In this document: positions 53,398 through 63,209 of the stretch, one piece after another | Position numbering within the stretch: the stretch's first letter is position 1 | Layout: each line of letters begins with the position of its first letter | Assembly: GCA_016219285.1 (NCBI GenBank) | Contig: JACRNJ010000032.1 | Location: 21,721-85,720 of the forward strand | Source of the DNA: Deltaproteobacteria bacterium | GTDB taxonomy: Bacteria; Desulfobacterota; GWC2-55-46; UBA9637 | Direction of reading: 5' to 3' | DNA: 64,000 bases | The notes under the pieces: model-generated | What the model was told of the DNA's origin: nothing | Databases searched by the model: none | Seen by the model: only the letters and a program-made list of their open reading frames with translations | Position numbers and translations under genes: made by a program

Positions 53398-54513
53398 TCA
53401 GCCTTTCGCCTGCCTTTCAGGTATTATCCAGATACTCTCTTTTTTCAAAGATACTGTTATGGTTTTGCCTTTGCTGAGTTTAAGCTTTCTATATGCGAAG
53501 TTTGGGATTTCTATCTTAATGGTTGCGTCTCTGTCTCTTACCTTAAAATAAATGGTATGGCTCGCCCCTTTACCAAGGGTTGTCAATACCTCGCCTTCCA
53601 ACAGATTATCCTGCACCTTTTTGTCTATCGGCTTGTCGGGTCTTATAATCATAATCTCTTCAGGCCTTATTCCAAATGTCACCTTTTCTCCAACAGTCAT
53701 GCGCTGCTCTTCATGGTGGAGCAATGCCTTAATCTCTCCAATATCGGGGTTTTCTATTGCCACTGCTTTTTCATACAGAGAAACAATTATGCCGCTAAAG
53801 ATATTCCTTGCCCCCAAAAACCTTGCGACATTTTTAGTCTTTGGCTTATAAAATACATCTTCCCTTGCGCCGAACTGTTCAAGCCTGCCGTTGTTTATTA
53901 TGGCTATATTTTCCCCCATAACAAATGACTCCTCAAGGTCGTGGGTAACAAAGAGTGTTGTTATCGGGTATTTCTGATGTATGAGCAACAGGTCTGCCCT
54001 GAGCTTTTCCCTGACCTGATAGTCAAGGGCTGAAAACGGTTCATCCAGAAGCAGTATACTTGGTTCTGCTGCAAGCGTTCTTGCAAGGGCTGCCCTCTGT
54101 TTTTGCCCGCCCGACAGCTCCTTTGGAAATCTGTGTTCAAGCCCGCCAAGCCGCATGAGGTCAAGAAGTTCTTCTACTTTTGTCTTGCTCTTATTTTTAG
54201 GTTCATGGCTTATGCCGTAAGCTATATTCTCAAAAACAGTCATGTGCGGGAAAAGGGCATAATCCTGAAAAAGATAGCCTATCTTTCTCTCTCTTATGGG
54301 AATATTTATTCCGGTTGCAGAATTAAAAATTTCCCTGCCTTCAATTCTCACAAAACCTTCATCAGGTTTTATAATGCCAGAGATTAAATTTAACAAGAGG
54401 CTCTTGCCGGCGCCTGATGGGCCAAACACAACAGCCATGTTTTCCTCAATGGAAAACGCTATATCAATTGAAAAGTCGCGGAAATGCTTTTTGAGATGAA
54501 AGGAAAGAGACAT
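53398..54513 (-). CDS. modC: molybdate/tungstate ABC transporter ATP-binding protein with C-terminal TOBE/Mop domain
   Basis: Walker A GPSGAGKS and signature LSGGQKQRAALAR, with a TOBE-like C-terminal domain of about 130 aa. Operon with modB and modA. Confidence 0.85.
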   Translation of the reverse strand: MSLSFHLKKHFRDFSIDIAFSIEENMAVVFGPSGAGKSLLLNLISGIIKPDEGFVRIEGREIFNSATGINIPIRERKIGYLFQDYALFPHMTVFENIAYGISHEPKNKSKTKVEELLDLMRLGGLEHRFPKELSGGQKQRAALARTLAAEPSILLLDEPFSALDYQVREKLRADLLLIHQKYPITTLFVTHDLEESFVMGENIAIINNGRLEQFGAREDVFYKPKTKNVARFLGARNIFSGIIVSLYEKAVAIENPDIGEIKALLHHEEQRMTVGEKVTFGIRPEEIMIIRPDKPIDKKVQDNLLEGEVLTTLGKGASHTIYFKVRDRDATIKIEIPNFAYRKLKLSKGKTITVSLKKESIWIIPERQAKG

Positions 54514-54586
54514 AAAAAAATTGTAGATTTACGAATTACGAATTACGATTTAAAATCTAAAATCATAAATCTAAAATAGTAAATCC
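54514..54586. repeat. intergenic tandem simple repeat (attacga / aaatcta units)
   Basis: gtagatttacgaattacgaattacgatttaaaatctaaaatcataaatctaaaatagtaaatc. Confidence 0.8.
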
Positions 54587-55246
54587 CTAATACCTGCCTT
54601 TGGTAAATCTATTTACAAAATAAATAACTGAAAACGAAAACAGCGTTATAATTCCTACAAGGATGTTTGCCAAACTTGTATTTCCCATTTGAACCGCATC
54701 GTATATGGCAATAGGGATGGTCTGGGTCATGCCTGGGATATTTCCTGCAACCATAAGTGTTGCGCCGAACTCGCCTGTCGCCCTTGCAAATGCTATGATG
54801 CTGCCCGCCGCTATTCCTCTCCAGGCCAGAGGAATTGTTATGGTCTTCAATACCGCCCACTCTGTTTTGCCCAGAAGCCTTGCCGCATTTTCCAGATTTT
54901 TATCCACCCCTTCAATTGCAGCCCTTGCCGGTCTCACAAATAGCGGCAGAGAGGCTACAAATGCCGCAACTACGGCCGCCTTCCATGTAAATACAAGGGT
55001 TATGCCTAATGTATCTTCAAGAATCCTTCCGAACGGGCTTGACCTTCCAAGAAGCACAAGAAGGTAATATCCAAGAACAGTCGGTGGAATAACAATGGGC
55101 TGCATAACAAGGGCATCCAGAATTCCTTTTCCAAAAAATTCCTTTCTCGCCATGAGCCATGCCAGACAAAGCCCTATAATTATGGAAAAAAAGGTGGCAA
55201 CAAAAGAAACCTTTAAGGTAAGGTATAGTGGGAATAAGTCTATCAT
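54587..55246 (-). CDS. modB: molybdate ABC transporter permease
   Basis: Five transmembrane helices with the MetI-type EAA loop (ARLLGKTEWAVLKTITIPL). Length 219 aa. Confidence 0.85.
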   Translation of the reverse strand: MIDLFPLYLTLKVSFVATFFSIIIGLCLAWLMARKEFFGKGILDALVMQPIVIPPTVLGYYLLVLLGRSSPFGRILEDTLGITLVFTWKAAVVAAFVASLPLFVRPARAAIEGVDKNLENAARLLGKTEWAVLKTITIPLAWRGIAAGSIIAFARATGEFGATLMVAGNIPGMTQTIPIAIYDAVQMGNTSLANILVGIITLFSFSVIYFVNRFTKGRY

Positions 55247-56067
55247 TAAAATTCTCCCGGCAGAAGAAAACCGTATTTTTTCATGATTGGCCTGCCTATA
55301 GGGCTGGTTACATAGTGTATAAATTCCCTTGCCTCTTTTTCAGCCTTTGTCTTTTTTATCACAGCCGCCGCCTGATTGATAGGGTTATGAAGGATATTAT
55401 CAATAGGTGTATAGGTTATTTCAGGCACATTGGCAACCGATAATGCAATAATGCCAACAGGCACATCTCCTGTCTGGAGATACTGCAATGCCTGTCTTAT
55501 AATTTCGCCATAAACAAGTTTGGGTTTAAGTTTATCCCATAATTCAAGTTTTAGCAGTGCCTCTTTTGCGGCAATGCCATAAGGCGCATGGTCTGGATTG
55601 GCAATAGAAATCTTTTTAATAGACGGGTCAAGGAGGTCTTCAAGTTTTTTTGCGTTTATCCCATATGTTTTATTCGCAGCCAGAACGATCCTGCCCTGGG
55701 CATACAGTTTTTGTGTATCTGGAATAATGAGCCCGCCGTTTTTTAATTCATCAATATATTTTTCGTTGGCAGCAAAAAAAATATCAAATGGGGCGCCGTT
55801 TTCTATTTGCCTGGCAAGCATGCCTGTGGAACCGAATGACAGTACAACCCTCGTGCCGGTATTTATCTCAAATTGTTTGGCTATTTCCTTTAATGCAAAA
55901 GAAAGGTCGCTGGCGGCGGCAATAGTGAGAGATTTTTGTTCCGCAAAAATAGCAGCAGGCAGTAGGCAGTAGGCAGTAAGCAGTAACAGGATTTTAGATT
56001 TTAGATTTACGATTTTAGATTTATGATTTTTTAATTCGTAATTCGTAATTCGTAATTCGTAAATCAT
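55246..56067 (-). CDS. modA: molybdate-binding periplasmic protein ModA; N-terminus and start codon encoded by an intergenic-type tandem repeat
   Basis: Mature part LTIAAASDLSFALKEIAKQFE...GTRVVLSFGSTGMLARQIENGAPFDIFFAA is the ModA fold. The only in-frame canonical start is the ATG at 56067, inside the repeat atgatttacgaattacgaattacg. Confidence 0.8.
   Translation of the reverse strand: MIYELRITNYELKNHKSKIVNLKSKILLLLTAYCLLPAAIFAEQKSLTIAAASDLSFALKEIAKQFEINTGTRVVLSFGSTGMLARQIENGAPFDIFFAANEKYIDELKNGGLIIPDTQKLYAQGRIVLAANKTYGINAKKLEDLLDPSIKKISIANPDHAPYGIAAKEALLKLELWDKLKPKLVYGEIIRQALQYLQTGDVPVGIIALSVANVPEITYTPIDNILHNPINQAAAVIKKTKAEKEAREFIHYVTSPIGRPIMKKYGFLLPGEF
55985..56066. repeat. tandem simple repeat (gattttagat and aattcgt units) spanning the gpsA-modA junction
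   Basis: gattttagattttagatttacgattttagatttatgattttttaattcgtaattcgtaattcgtaattcgtaaatcat. Confidence 0.85.
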
Positions 56068-56068
56068 A

Positions 56069-57067
56069 TCACTCTTCCTTCAATCTCCTTGTCATCAAAT
56101 CCATAACTGCATGCTTTGGCGATTTATTTTCATACAGGACGCGGTATACCTGCTCTGTAATCGGCATTTCCACACCATGCTTTTTAGCAAGCGCATACGC
56201 CGCTTCTGCGGTTTTTACGCCTTCTGCCACCATTTTCATCTCCGACAGAATGTCAGGAAGTTTTATCCCCTTTCCTATCAATATGCCGACAGACCTGTTT
56301 CTGCTAAGTTCGCCTGTGCATGTCAGAACAAGGTCGCCAAGCCCGGATAACCCTGCAAATGTTGCGGCGTCAGCGCCCATGCTTATGCCAAGCCTTGACA
56401 TCTCAGCAAGCCCTCTGGTTATTAGCGCCGCCCTTGCATTCATGCCCAACCCCAGCCCATCGGATATGCCGGCCGATATGGCGATGACATTTTTTAACGC
56501 GCCGCCGAGTTCTACGCCGAGCATGTCGTTGTTGGTGTAAACCCTGAAGGAGCTGGTGTTGAAGAGCTTCTGCACCTTTTCCGCCGCCGCCTTTTTATTA
56601 GATGCAACACAAATAGCGGTCGGGAGTTTCCGGCTTACCTCTTTTGCAAAGGTCGGCCCTGAAAGCACGGATAGATTTTTATGCATTGCCTTCGGAAGGG
56701 TTTGTTTTAAAATCTGAGATACGGTTAGCAGGGTTTCCTGCTCAATCCCCTTTGATGCGTTCACGACTATTGCATCTTTAGGCAAGATAACGGCTGCTTT
56801 TTGGAATACGTCTCTTACGCCGTGAGACGGAACCACGCATACGACAACAGCCCTGCCTTTTACAGCCTCTTCTATAGAATTTGCAGGTGTTATATTTTGG
56901 GCAAGCTTTATACCGGGCAGAAAAAAGGCATTCTCTCTCGTTTTCAGTACGATATGATATAATTCTTCTTCCCTTATCCAGAGGCTTATATCAAAACCTT
57001 TCTCAGCCAGTATATTGGCAAGGGTTGTTCCCCAGCTTCCGGCGCCAAGAACGCAAATCTTTTCCAT
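56069..57067 (-). CDS. gpsA: NAD(P)H-dependent glycerol-3-phosphate dehydrogenase
   Basis: Rossmann N-terminus ICVLGAGSWGT plus the catalytic domain, 332 aa. The conserved GxxKN (GGALKNV) region is present. Confidence 0.9.
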   Translation of the reverse strand: MEKICVLGAGSWGTTLANILAEKGFDISLWIREEELYHIVLKTRENAFFLPGIKLAQNITPANSIEEAVKGRAVVVCVVPSHGVRDVFQKAAVILPKDAIVVNASKGIEQETLLTVSQILKQTLPKAMHKNLSVLSGPTFAKEVSRKLPTAICVASNKKAAAEKVQKLFNTSSFRVYTNNDMLGVELGGALKNVIAISAGISDGLGLGMNARAALITRGLAEMSRLGISMGADAATFAGLSGLGDLVLTCTGELSRNRSVGILIGKGIKLPDILSEMKMVAEGVKTAEAAYALAKKHGVEMPITEQVYRVLYENKSPKHAVMDLMTRRLKEE

Positions 57068-57068
57068 G

Positions 57069-57944
57069 TCAATTCTCCTTAAGCGCCATCGGCGTATTCT
57101 TTTTCTCTCTTGCCTCTATTGCATCTAATCTTATCTTTATGACACCAGGGTTGGGATAGCTTTTTTCCAATGCCTTATAAAGCCCTATTGCCTCTGCAAG
57201 GTTTCCTGTTTCTTCAATGCAGACGGCCTTGCCGAGTTGCGCCTCATAAGCGTATTGGCTGTTTGGATATGATGAAAATACCAGTTCGTATGCCTTTATA
57301 GCCTCTTTGTAATTACCCTCCATGTAATAGGTGTTTGCCATCTCATAATAAACATTAGGGCCAAGCTCAGAAGACGGAGAGTTTTTGATAATTTCCTGAA
57401 GTTCAATCCTTGCCTGTTTGATGTCAGTGAGTTTAAGATATGCCATTGCTATCTGATATTGAAAATTGTCGCTCAGGGCCCCGCCTGTATTTTTTATAAG
57501 CCATTGATATTCCCCTATTGCCTTTCTATAATTGCCACTTTTAACATATATCTCCGCTATATCCTGCCTTGCCAGTACTATTTCTTTGCTGTTTGGATAC
57601 AACAGCATCAATGTCGCATATGCATTCATGGCCTTTTTAACATCCTTTAGATAAAGGTTATAGATAAGGCCAATCTTATACTGGCTTGCAGAGGCATACT
57701 GGCTTTCCGGATATTTGGTTACAATATTACTGTACCTCGCAATAGCCTTTACATATGCGCGTTGGCCGAAAAGTTCTTCTGCCTTTTCATAAGCAGGAAG
57801 GGTGTGGTCCTGGGAGCAGGATAAAAGAAAAATACATATTGCAAGTTGTAAAATGCAAAGGGGAAAATGCAAATTTAAAGGAAAAGACTTTAAGTTTTGT
57901 AATTTACAATTTACAATTTGCAATTTGCAATTTGCATTTTGCAT
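57069..57944 (-). CDS. TPR-repeat lipoprotein (BamD/YbgF-like)
   Basis: Lipobox LLSCSQ and multiple TPRs (AYEKAEELFGQRAYVKAIARY...). The N-terminal 17 aa are encoded by a tgcaaat tandem repeat, and an internal TTG is a plausible alternative start. Confidence 0.5.
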   Translation of the reverse strand: MQNANCKLQIVNCKLQNLKSFPLNLHFPLCILQLAICIFLLSCSQDHTLPAYEKAEELFGQRAYVKAIARYSNIVTKYPESQYASASQYKIGLIYNLYLKDVKKAMNAYATLMLLYPNSKEIVLARQDIAEIYVKSGNYRKAIGEYQWLIKNTGGALSDNFQYQIAMAYLKLTDIKQARIELQEIIKNSPSSELGPNVYYEMANTYYMEGNYKEAIKAYELVFSSYPNSQYAYEAQLGKAVCIEETGNLAEAIGLYKALEKSYPNPGVIKIRLDAIEAREKKNTPMALKEN

Positions 57945-60383
57945 TTAAGATTCCTCCTCCTCTTCCTCTTTCTCCGCAATCGGCGCGATGCCTGTTACCC
58001 GTTCTTCTTTTTCAACATCTATCAGCTTCACGCCCTGCGTATTTCTGCCGATGACCGATACGCCCTTCATGGCGATTCTGATGATCTTGCCTATATCGGT
58101 AGTAATCATGAGTTCATCTTCAGAAGTTACCTGTGCAATGCCGACCACAGGGCCGTTCTTTTCCGTAACCTTGATATTTATTATGCCCATGCCCCCGCGG
58201 AGTTGGCTCCTGTATTCTTCTGTTTCCGTCCTCTTGCCATATCCCCTCTCGGTTACGGTCAGGATGGTTCTGTTTTCCTCAAGCGCCTCCATTGCCACAA
58301 CCGCATCTCCTTTGCCGAGTTTTATTGCCCGCACCCCTCTTGCAATCCTTCCCATGTCTCTTACCTGCGATTCATTGAATCTTATTGCCTGGCCATCTCT
58401 TGTGCCGAGGAATATTTCTTTAGAGCCGTCGGTAAGCCGCGTTGCGATGAGCTCATCCCCTTCATCCAATCCAAGCGCAATCAGGCCGCCGGAGCGGATA
58501 TTGGCAAAGACTGTCAAATCCGTCTTTTTTATTACACCGTGCTTAGTGGCCATAACAATAAATTTACCTTCGGTAAATTCCTTGACCGAAAGAAATGCAG
58601 TCATTTTTTCGCCTTGAGAAAGATTTAAGAGATTTACAATGGCCTTGCCCTTTGCGGCGGGGCCTGCCTGAGGGATGTCATAGACCTTGAGTGAATACGC
58701 CTTGCCCTTGTCTGTAAAGAAGAGTATGTAACTGTGGGTAGAGGCAACAAACATATTTTCCACAAAGTCTTCTTCCTTTGTCGTCATGCCTGTCCTGCCT
58801 TTGCCTCCGCGTCTCTGTGTTCTGAACAGGCTTGTCGGATTTCTCTTGATGTATCCGCCGTGGCTGATGTTCACCATCATGTCCTCTTCGGCAATGATGT
58901 CTTCCATGGTTATCTCTCCGGTCTTTTCAATAATCTCTGTTCGCCTTTCATCGCCAAATTGTTTTTTAATCTCCTTAAGCTCATTGACAATGACCTCTAT
59001 AAGAAGTTTTTCACTTGCCAGTATTTCCTCAAGCCTTTTTATCAGATTTAAAACTTCCTTATATTCCTCAACTATTTTTTCTCTCTCAAGCGCAGTGAGC
59101 CTCTGTAGTCTCATATCAAGGATTGCCTGTGCCTGAATCTCGGAGAGCTTAAACTTATTCATCAGGCCTTCTTTGGCCTCTTGCGGACCCTTGCTCTTTC
59201 GTATCAGGGTTATGACAGCATCAAGATTGTCTAATGCAATCTTCAATCCCTCTAATATGTGCACCCTTTCCCTGGCCTTTTTAAGTTCAAAGATTGTCCT
59301 GCGTGTTACAACCTCTTTTCTGAACCGCACAAATTGCTGAAGAAGTTGCTTGAGGTTTAAAACACGCGGCTGGCCATCCACAATGGCAAGATTTATTATG
59401 CCGAAGGTGCCTTGCATCTGAGTATGCAAAAACAGATTGTTGAGGACAACCTCTCCAACTTCATCCCTTTTTAAATCAACAACAATTCTCATTCCGTCCC
59501 TGTCAGACTCATCCCTTATATCTGAAATGCCTTCAATCTTCTTATCCCTTACCAGTTCGGCAATCTTTTCAATCAGCTTTGCCTTATTGACCTGATAGGG
59601 GATTTCGGTGATGACAATTGCCTGCCTGTTTGTCCTCGGATTTTTTTCAATTGATGCCCTTGCACGCATCTGTATAATGCCCCTGCCTGTTTCATACGCG
59701 GCCTTAATCCCTTCCCTTCCGTGGATAAAACCTGCGGTCGGGAAATCAGGGCCTGGAATAAATTTCATCAGTTCTTTGATGGTTGCGTCGGGTTTATTTA
59801 TGATATGTATGATGCCGTCTATTACCTCTGAAAGGTTATGAGGGGGCATGTTCGTTGCCATGCCCACGGCAATGCCTGATGAGCCGTTCACCAGCAGATT
59901 GGGGAAGGCGGCAGGCATGACAAGCGGTTCTTTTAAAGAGTCATCATAGTTTGGACCCCAGTCAACGGTTTCTTTTTCTATATCAGCCAGAAGCCCGCCG
60001 GCAAGCCTTGACATTCTGACTTCCGTATATCGCATAGCAGCAGGCGAATCTCCGTCAACAGAGCCAAAGTTGCCCTGACCGTCTATGAGAGGATATCTAA
60101 GGGAGAAATCCTGCACCATCCTTGTTATTGCATCATATACTGCTGTATCTCCGTGCGGATGATATTTGCCGATTACATCTCCAACCACACGGGCAGATTT
60201 TTTGTATGGCTTATTCCATTCAACGCCCATCTCATGCATGGCATAAAGAATTCGCCGGTGAACAGGTTTTAAGCCGTCCCGCACATCAGGCAATGCCCTT
60301 CCCACAATGACGCTCATTGCATAGCCAAGATATGATTTTTTCATCTCGTCTTCAATATAAACCGGAATCTTTTCCTGTGACAT
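57945..60383 (-). CDS. gyrA: DNA gyrase subunit A
   Basis: [29 protein letters not shown] with active-site Tyr region. A C-terminal beta-pinwheel is followed by an acidic tail. The start at 60383 ([14 protein letters not shown]) is preferred. Confidence 0.95.
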   Translation of the reverse strand: MSQEKIPVYIEDEMKKSYLGYAMSVIVGRALPDVRDGLKPVHRRILYAMHEMGVEWNKPYKKSARVVGDVIGKYHPHGDTAVYDAITRMVQDFSLRYPLIDGQGNFGSVDGDSPAAMRYTEVRMSRLAGGLLADIEKETVDWGPNYDDSLKEPLVMPAAFPNLLVNGSSGIAVGMATNMPPHNLSEVIDGIIHIINKPDATIKELMKFIPGPDFPTAGFIHGREGIKAAYETGRGIIQMRARASIEKNPRTNRQAIVITEIPYQVNKAKLIEKIAELVRDKKIEGISDIRDESDRDGMRIVVDLKRDEVGEVVLNNLFLHTQMQGTFGIINLAIVDGQPRVLNLKQLLQQFVRFRKEVVTRRTIFELKKARERVHILEGLKIALDNLDAVITLIRKSKGPQEAKEGLMNKFKLSEIQAQAILDMRLQRLTALEREKIVEEYKEVLNLIKRLEEILASEKLLIEVIVNELKEIKKQFGDERRTEIIEKTGEITMEDIIAEEDMMVNISHGGYIKRNPTSLFRTQRRGGKGRTGMTTKEEDFVENMFVASTHSYILFFTDKGKAYSLKVYDIPQAGPAAKGKAIVNLLNLSQGEKMTAFLSVKEFTEGKFIVMATKHGVIKKTDLTVFANIRSGGLIALGLDEGDELIATRLTDGSKEIFLGTRDGQAIRFNESQVRDMGRIARGVRAIKLGKGDAVVAMEALEENRTILTVTERGYGKRTETEEYRSQLRGGMGIINIKVTEKNGPVVGIAQVTSEDELMITTDIGKIIRIAMKGVSVIGRNTQGVKLIDVEKEERVTGIAPIAEKEEEEEES

Positions 60384-60394
60384 TGAACCTCCAA

Positions 60395-60480
60395 AAATAC
60401 CGTGTTTCGTGTCCGTTGTCCGTGTCCGTATAAAAGCTGCATTTGTTTCTACGGACACGGGATACGGTCACGGATAACGT
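60395..60480. repeat. long inverted repeat (cgtgtccgt / acggacacg family) between gyrA and rarA
   Basis: cgtgtccgttgtccgtgtccgta ... tacggacacgggatacggtcacgg. Related to 24160-24230. Confidence 0.7.
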
Positions 60481-60644
60481 TTTTTATCTCCGATATAATA
60501 AGGTGGAATTATAGGGCTGTCAAGATTATAAAGAAGATTATAAAGGAGCCCCAAAAATCAATGTCTATCTTGTGGAGAAGGCCAAAAACCTGATAGGATT
60601 CAGGAAGTATTACCTATTTGCCCTCTTTTTGATTCTATAGTATA

Positions 60645-61952
60645 TTGAAAGCTATTATGGAACTTTTTGAAAAAAAGATTAAGAGGGAAGAAAGCAAAAC
60701 AAGCCCTCTGGCAGACAGAATGAGGCCAAGGAATAGAGAAGAGGTTGTTGGCCAGAGGCATTTGCTGGGAGCAGGAAGGTTTATAACAAGGCTTATAGAT
60801 AAAAAGGGACTCATATCTTTAATCCTCTGGGGGCCTCCGGGTACCGGCAAGACAACCCTCGCCAATATTATTGCTGAGGCATCGGGCGTAAATTTTGTAT
60901 CTTTTTCGGCAGTGCTTTCAGGGGTAAAGGATATAAGGGCGGTAATAGATGAGGCAAAGGGTGAGTTAAGGCTCCGCAACCGCAGGACAATCCTTTTTGT
61001 AGATGAGATACATAGGTTTAACAAGGCACAGCAGGATGCATTTCTCCATTATGTGGAGGATGGCACCATAACCTTAATCGGCGCTACAACAGAAAACCCT
61101 TCCTTCGAGGTTAATGCCCCGCTTTTGTCCAGATGCAAGGTTCTGGTCCTTGAACAGCTTGTGTCCGAGGATCTAAAAATTATCATCAAAAGGGCCATTG
61201 AGGATAAGGAAAGGGGCATGGGAAATCTCAATGTCTCGTTTGGTGAAGACGCCCTTGATTTTCTGGCCGATTATTCCCAGGGTGATGCAAGGGCTGCGCT
61301 CAATGGATTGGAGGCCTCTGTTATGATAACCCCCGATAGAGGCATTCGGGGGCAGGCTCAGCCGGATAAGGATAACAGCCGCAGGATTACCCTGGAGATA
61401 ATGCAGGAAGCTGTTCAGAAGATGGCCATTTTGTATGATAAAGGCGGCGAGGATCACTACAATATAATATCTGCATTTATAAAATCCATGAGGGGAAGCG
61501 ACCCTGATGCAGCCCTTTACTGGCTTGCAAGGATGTTAGAGGCAGGTGAAGCTCCTTTGTTTATTGTCAGAAGAATGGTTATATTTGCCTCAGAGGATAT
61601 TGGCAATGCAGACCCCAATGCCATATCTGTTGCCGTTGCTGTAAAAGATGCAGTGGATTTTGTGGGTATGCCTGAGGCATGGATTCCCCTTGCCCAGGGC
61701 GTTACCTATCTTGCAACAGCGCCCAAGAGCAATGCTTCATATCTGGCATATCTTGAAGCCTTGGAGGATGTGAAGAAAAAAGGCGCTTTGCCGGTTCCCC
61801 ATCATATAAGAAATGCGCCCACAGGGCTTATGAAAGAACTTGGATATGGAAAAGGCTATAAGTATCCCCATAATTATGAAGGCGCAAAGATAGAGCAGGA
61901 GTATCTGCCGGAGGCCTTGAAAGGAAGGAAATATTATAAAAAGAAAGGATAA
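60645..61952 (+). CDS. rarA: replication-associated recombination protein A (AAA+ ATPase)
   Basis: Walker A GPPGTGKTT, Walker B/sensor VDEIHRFNKAQQDAFL, and a MgsA C-terminal domain. Length 435 aa. Confidence 0.9.
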   Translation: MKAIMELFEKKIKREESKTSPLADRMRPRNREEVVGQRHLLGAGRFITRLIDKKGLISLILWGPPGTGKTTLANIIAEASGVNFVSFSAVLSGVKDIRAVIDEAKGELRLRNRRTILFVDEIHRFNKAQQDAFLHYVEDGTITLIGATTENPSFEVNAPLLSRCKVLVLEQLVSEDLKIIIKRAIEDKERGMGNLNVSFGEDALDFLADYSQGDARAALNGLEASVMITPDRGIRGQAQPDKDNSRRITLEIMQEAVQKMAILYDKGGEDHYNIISAFIKSMRGSDPDAALYWLARMLEAGEAPLFIVRRMVIFASEDIGNADPNAISVAVAVKDAVDFVGMPEAWIPLAQGVTYLATAPKSNASYLAYLEALEDVKKKGALPVPHHIRNAPTGLMKELGYGKGYKYPHNYEGAKIEQEYLPEALKGRKYYKKKG

Positions 61953-62207
61953 TTTTGTTCCCTGTTTTCTTTAAATTTTACCGCCGCTATACCAACCATC
62001 TGCCTCAATCAATTTTGTAATATCACGAATCTTCATTACAACTCTTTTATTCGGGCATTTCCGCTAACGGTTTGGGGCTTGCCGCTGTGTGGGATTAACT
62101 GCTACGGAATTGTCCCACGAAAAAAACTCTGGAAACCGCACCAACTGTCGCATTGCTTGGCAGCCCGCATAATAGCAAGCCATTGTTATTTGCTGCGCTT
62201 TTTATTT

Positions 62208-63209
62208 TTAAATCTTCCACCCTCTAAGTTTGTTTGCTTCTCTGATGAAATTAATATTCGGTCTGTCGTTCACTGCTGGCGGAACATTTATGATTGGTCG
62301 TAGGTCTTTCATAAACCTGTCCATTCCACCATCAAAGCCAATTTTTTTGAGCTTTTTCATTTCGTTTGTATTCACGATGATTTGATATTGCTCATTGAAA
62401 GTTACAAGTCCTTTGTCGTATGCACGATGATATAAAGCCGAAAGTGATATGCCGTTCGCTGTGTCATCAGTTGAATCATTGTAGTTAACAGGAACGATGT
62501 GAGCAGCGTCAACAAGTTTCAACTGCATTCCGCTAAATGCACATTTGTTGCTGTATGCTGTCAAAACTCTTGTCTTGAAACTTGTATCGCGAAGTTTTTT
62601 GCTTAACTGAATAACCGCTGTCTGCCTTTGCTTGCTTACTTGCTGAATAAGTTCTGCGTTTAATTCAAGAGGCTGGTCTGAAACTTCCGCTAAAACCTTG
62701 AAGTCTTTTGTGGAAACTCCGAAGCTGTGTAGTTGTTCTAAACTCTGAACATAGTTCACAAAAAAATCAGGACGAAATGCAGTTGCAATTTCTCCATTGC
62801 CTTTGTCGCAAGGGGAGAAACCATTGATGAGGGCTTTACGCAGAAATTCCTCTCTGATTTGCATTGATGGCGAAAAGCCAAGTTTTCCAGTGTGTTTCGT
62901 ATAATCAAAACCCGCGAAAACGCCAACTTCACTCCACCAGCCAAGTATTAATGTTTTCTCACCTTCTTTTTGTTCAAAATGGTCAGCGCCCGTAATTTGA
63001 ATACGATACTCGTCTTTTGGTCTTGCTGTACCACCCCCGTGAGTTAAATTCCAAATATAAATTCGGAGTAAATAACTTTCTTCATTGTTGTAAATTTTGA
63101 TGACAAAAGGATGGTTTGAAATGTCGCCAACATATAGCACATTCCAACCGCTATCGTTTATTGATTGAACGATAATATCAAGTAAGTCATACTTTCTGTG
63201 CTTTGTCAT
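62208..63209 (-). CDS. putative type II restriction endonuclease with C-terminal HNH nuclease motif
   Basis: C-terminal HNH core (CAFSGMQLKLVDAAHIVPV...NGISLSALYHRAYDKGL). Overlaps the upstream methyltransferase gene by 23 nt on the same strand. The segment is compositionally distinct. Confidence 0.5.
   Translation of the reverse strand: MTKHRKYDLLDIIVQSINDSGWNVLYVGDISNHPFVIKIYNNEESYLLRIYIWNLTHGGGTARPKDEYRIQITGADHFEQKEGEKTLILGWWSEVGVFAGFDYTKHTGKLGFSPSMQIREEFLRKALINGFSPCDKGNGEIATAFRPDFFVNYVQSLEQLHSFGVSTKDFKVLAEVSDQPLELNAELIQQVSKQRQTAVIQLSKKLRDTSFKTRVLTAYSNKCAFSGMQLKLVDAAHIVPVNYNDSTDDTANGISLSALYHRAYDKGLVTFNEQYQIIVNTNEMKKLKKIGFDGGMDRFMKDLRPIINVPPAVNDRPNINFIREANKLRGWKI

Noticed and set aside
57918-58628. 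Two long plus-strand ORFs (236 aa and 209 aa) antisense to gyrA
   Set aside because: They are entirely embedded in the well-supported gyrA frame, with Ser/Pro/Cys-rich nonsense composition, so they are shadow ORFs.
61953-62207. GC-rich 250 nt stretch before the restriction-modification module as a possible small RNA, tmRNA or SRP RNA
   Set aside because: No recognisable conserved RNA motifs (tmRNA tag/CCA end, SRP domain IV, RNase P) were found by eye. It is more likely the edge of horizontally acquired DNA.
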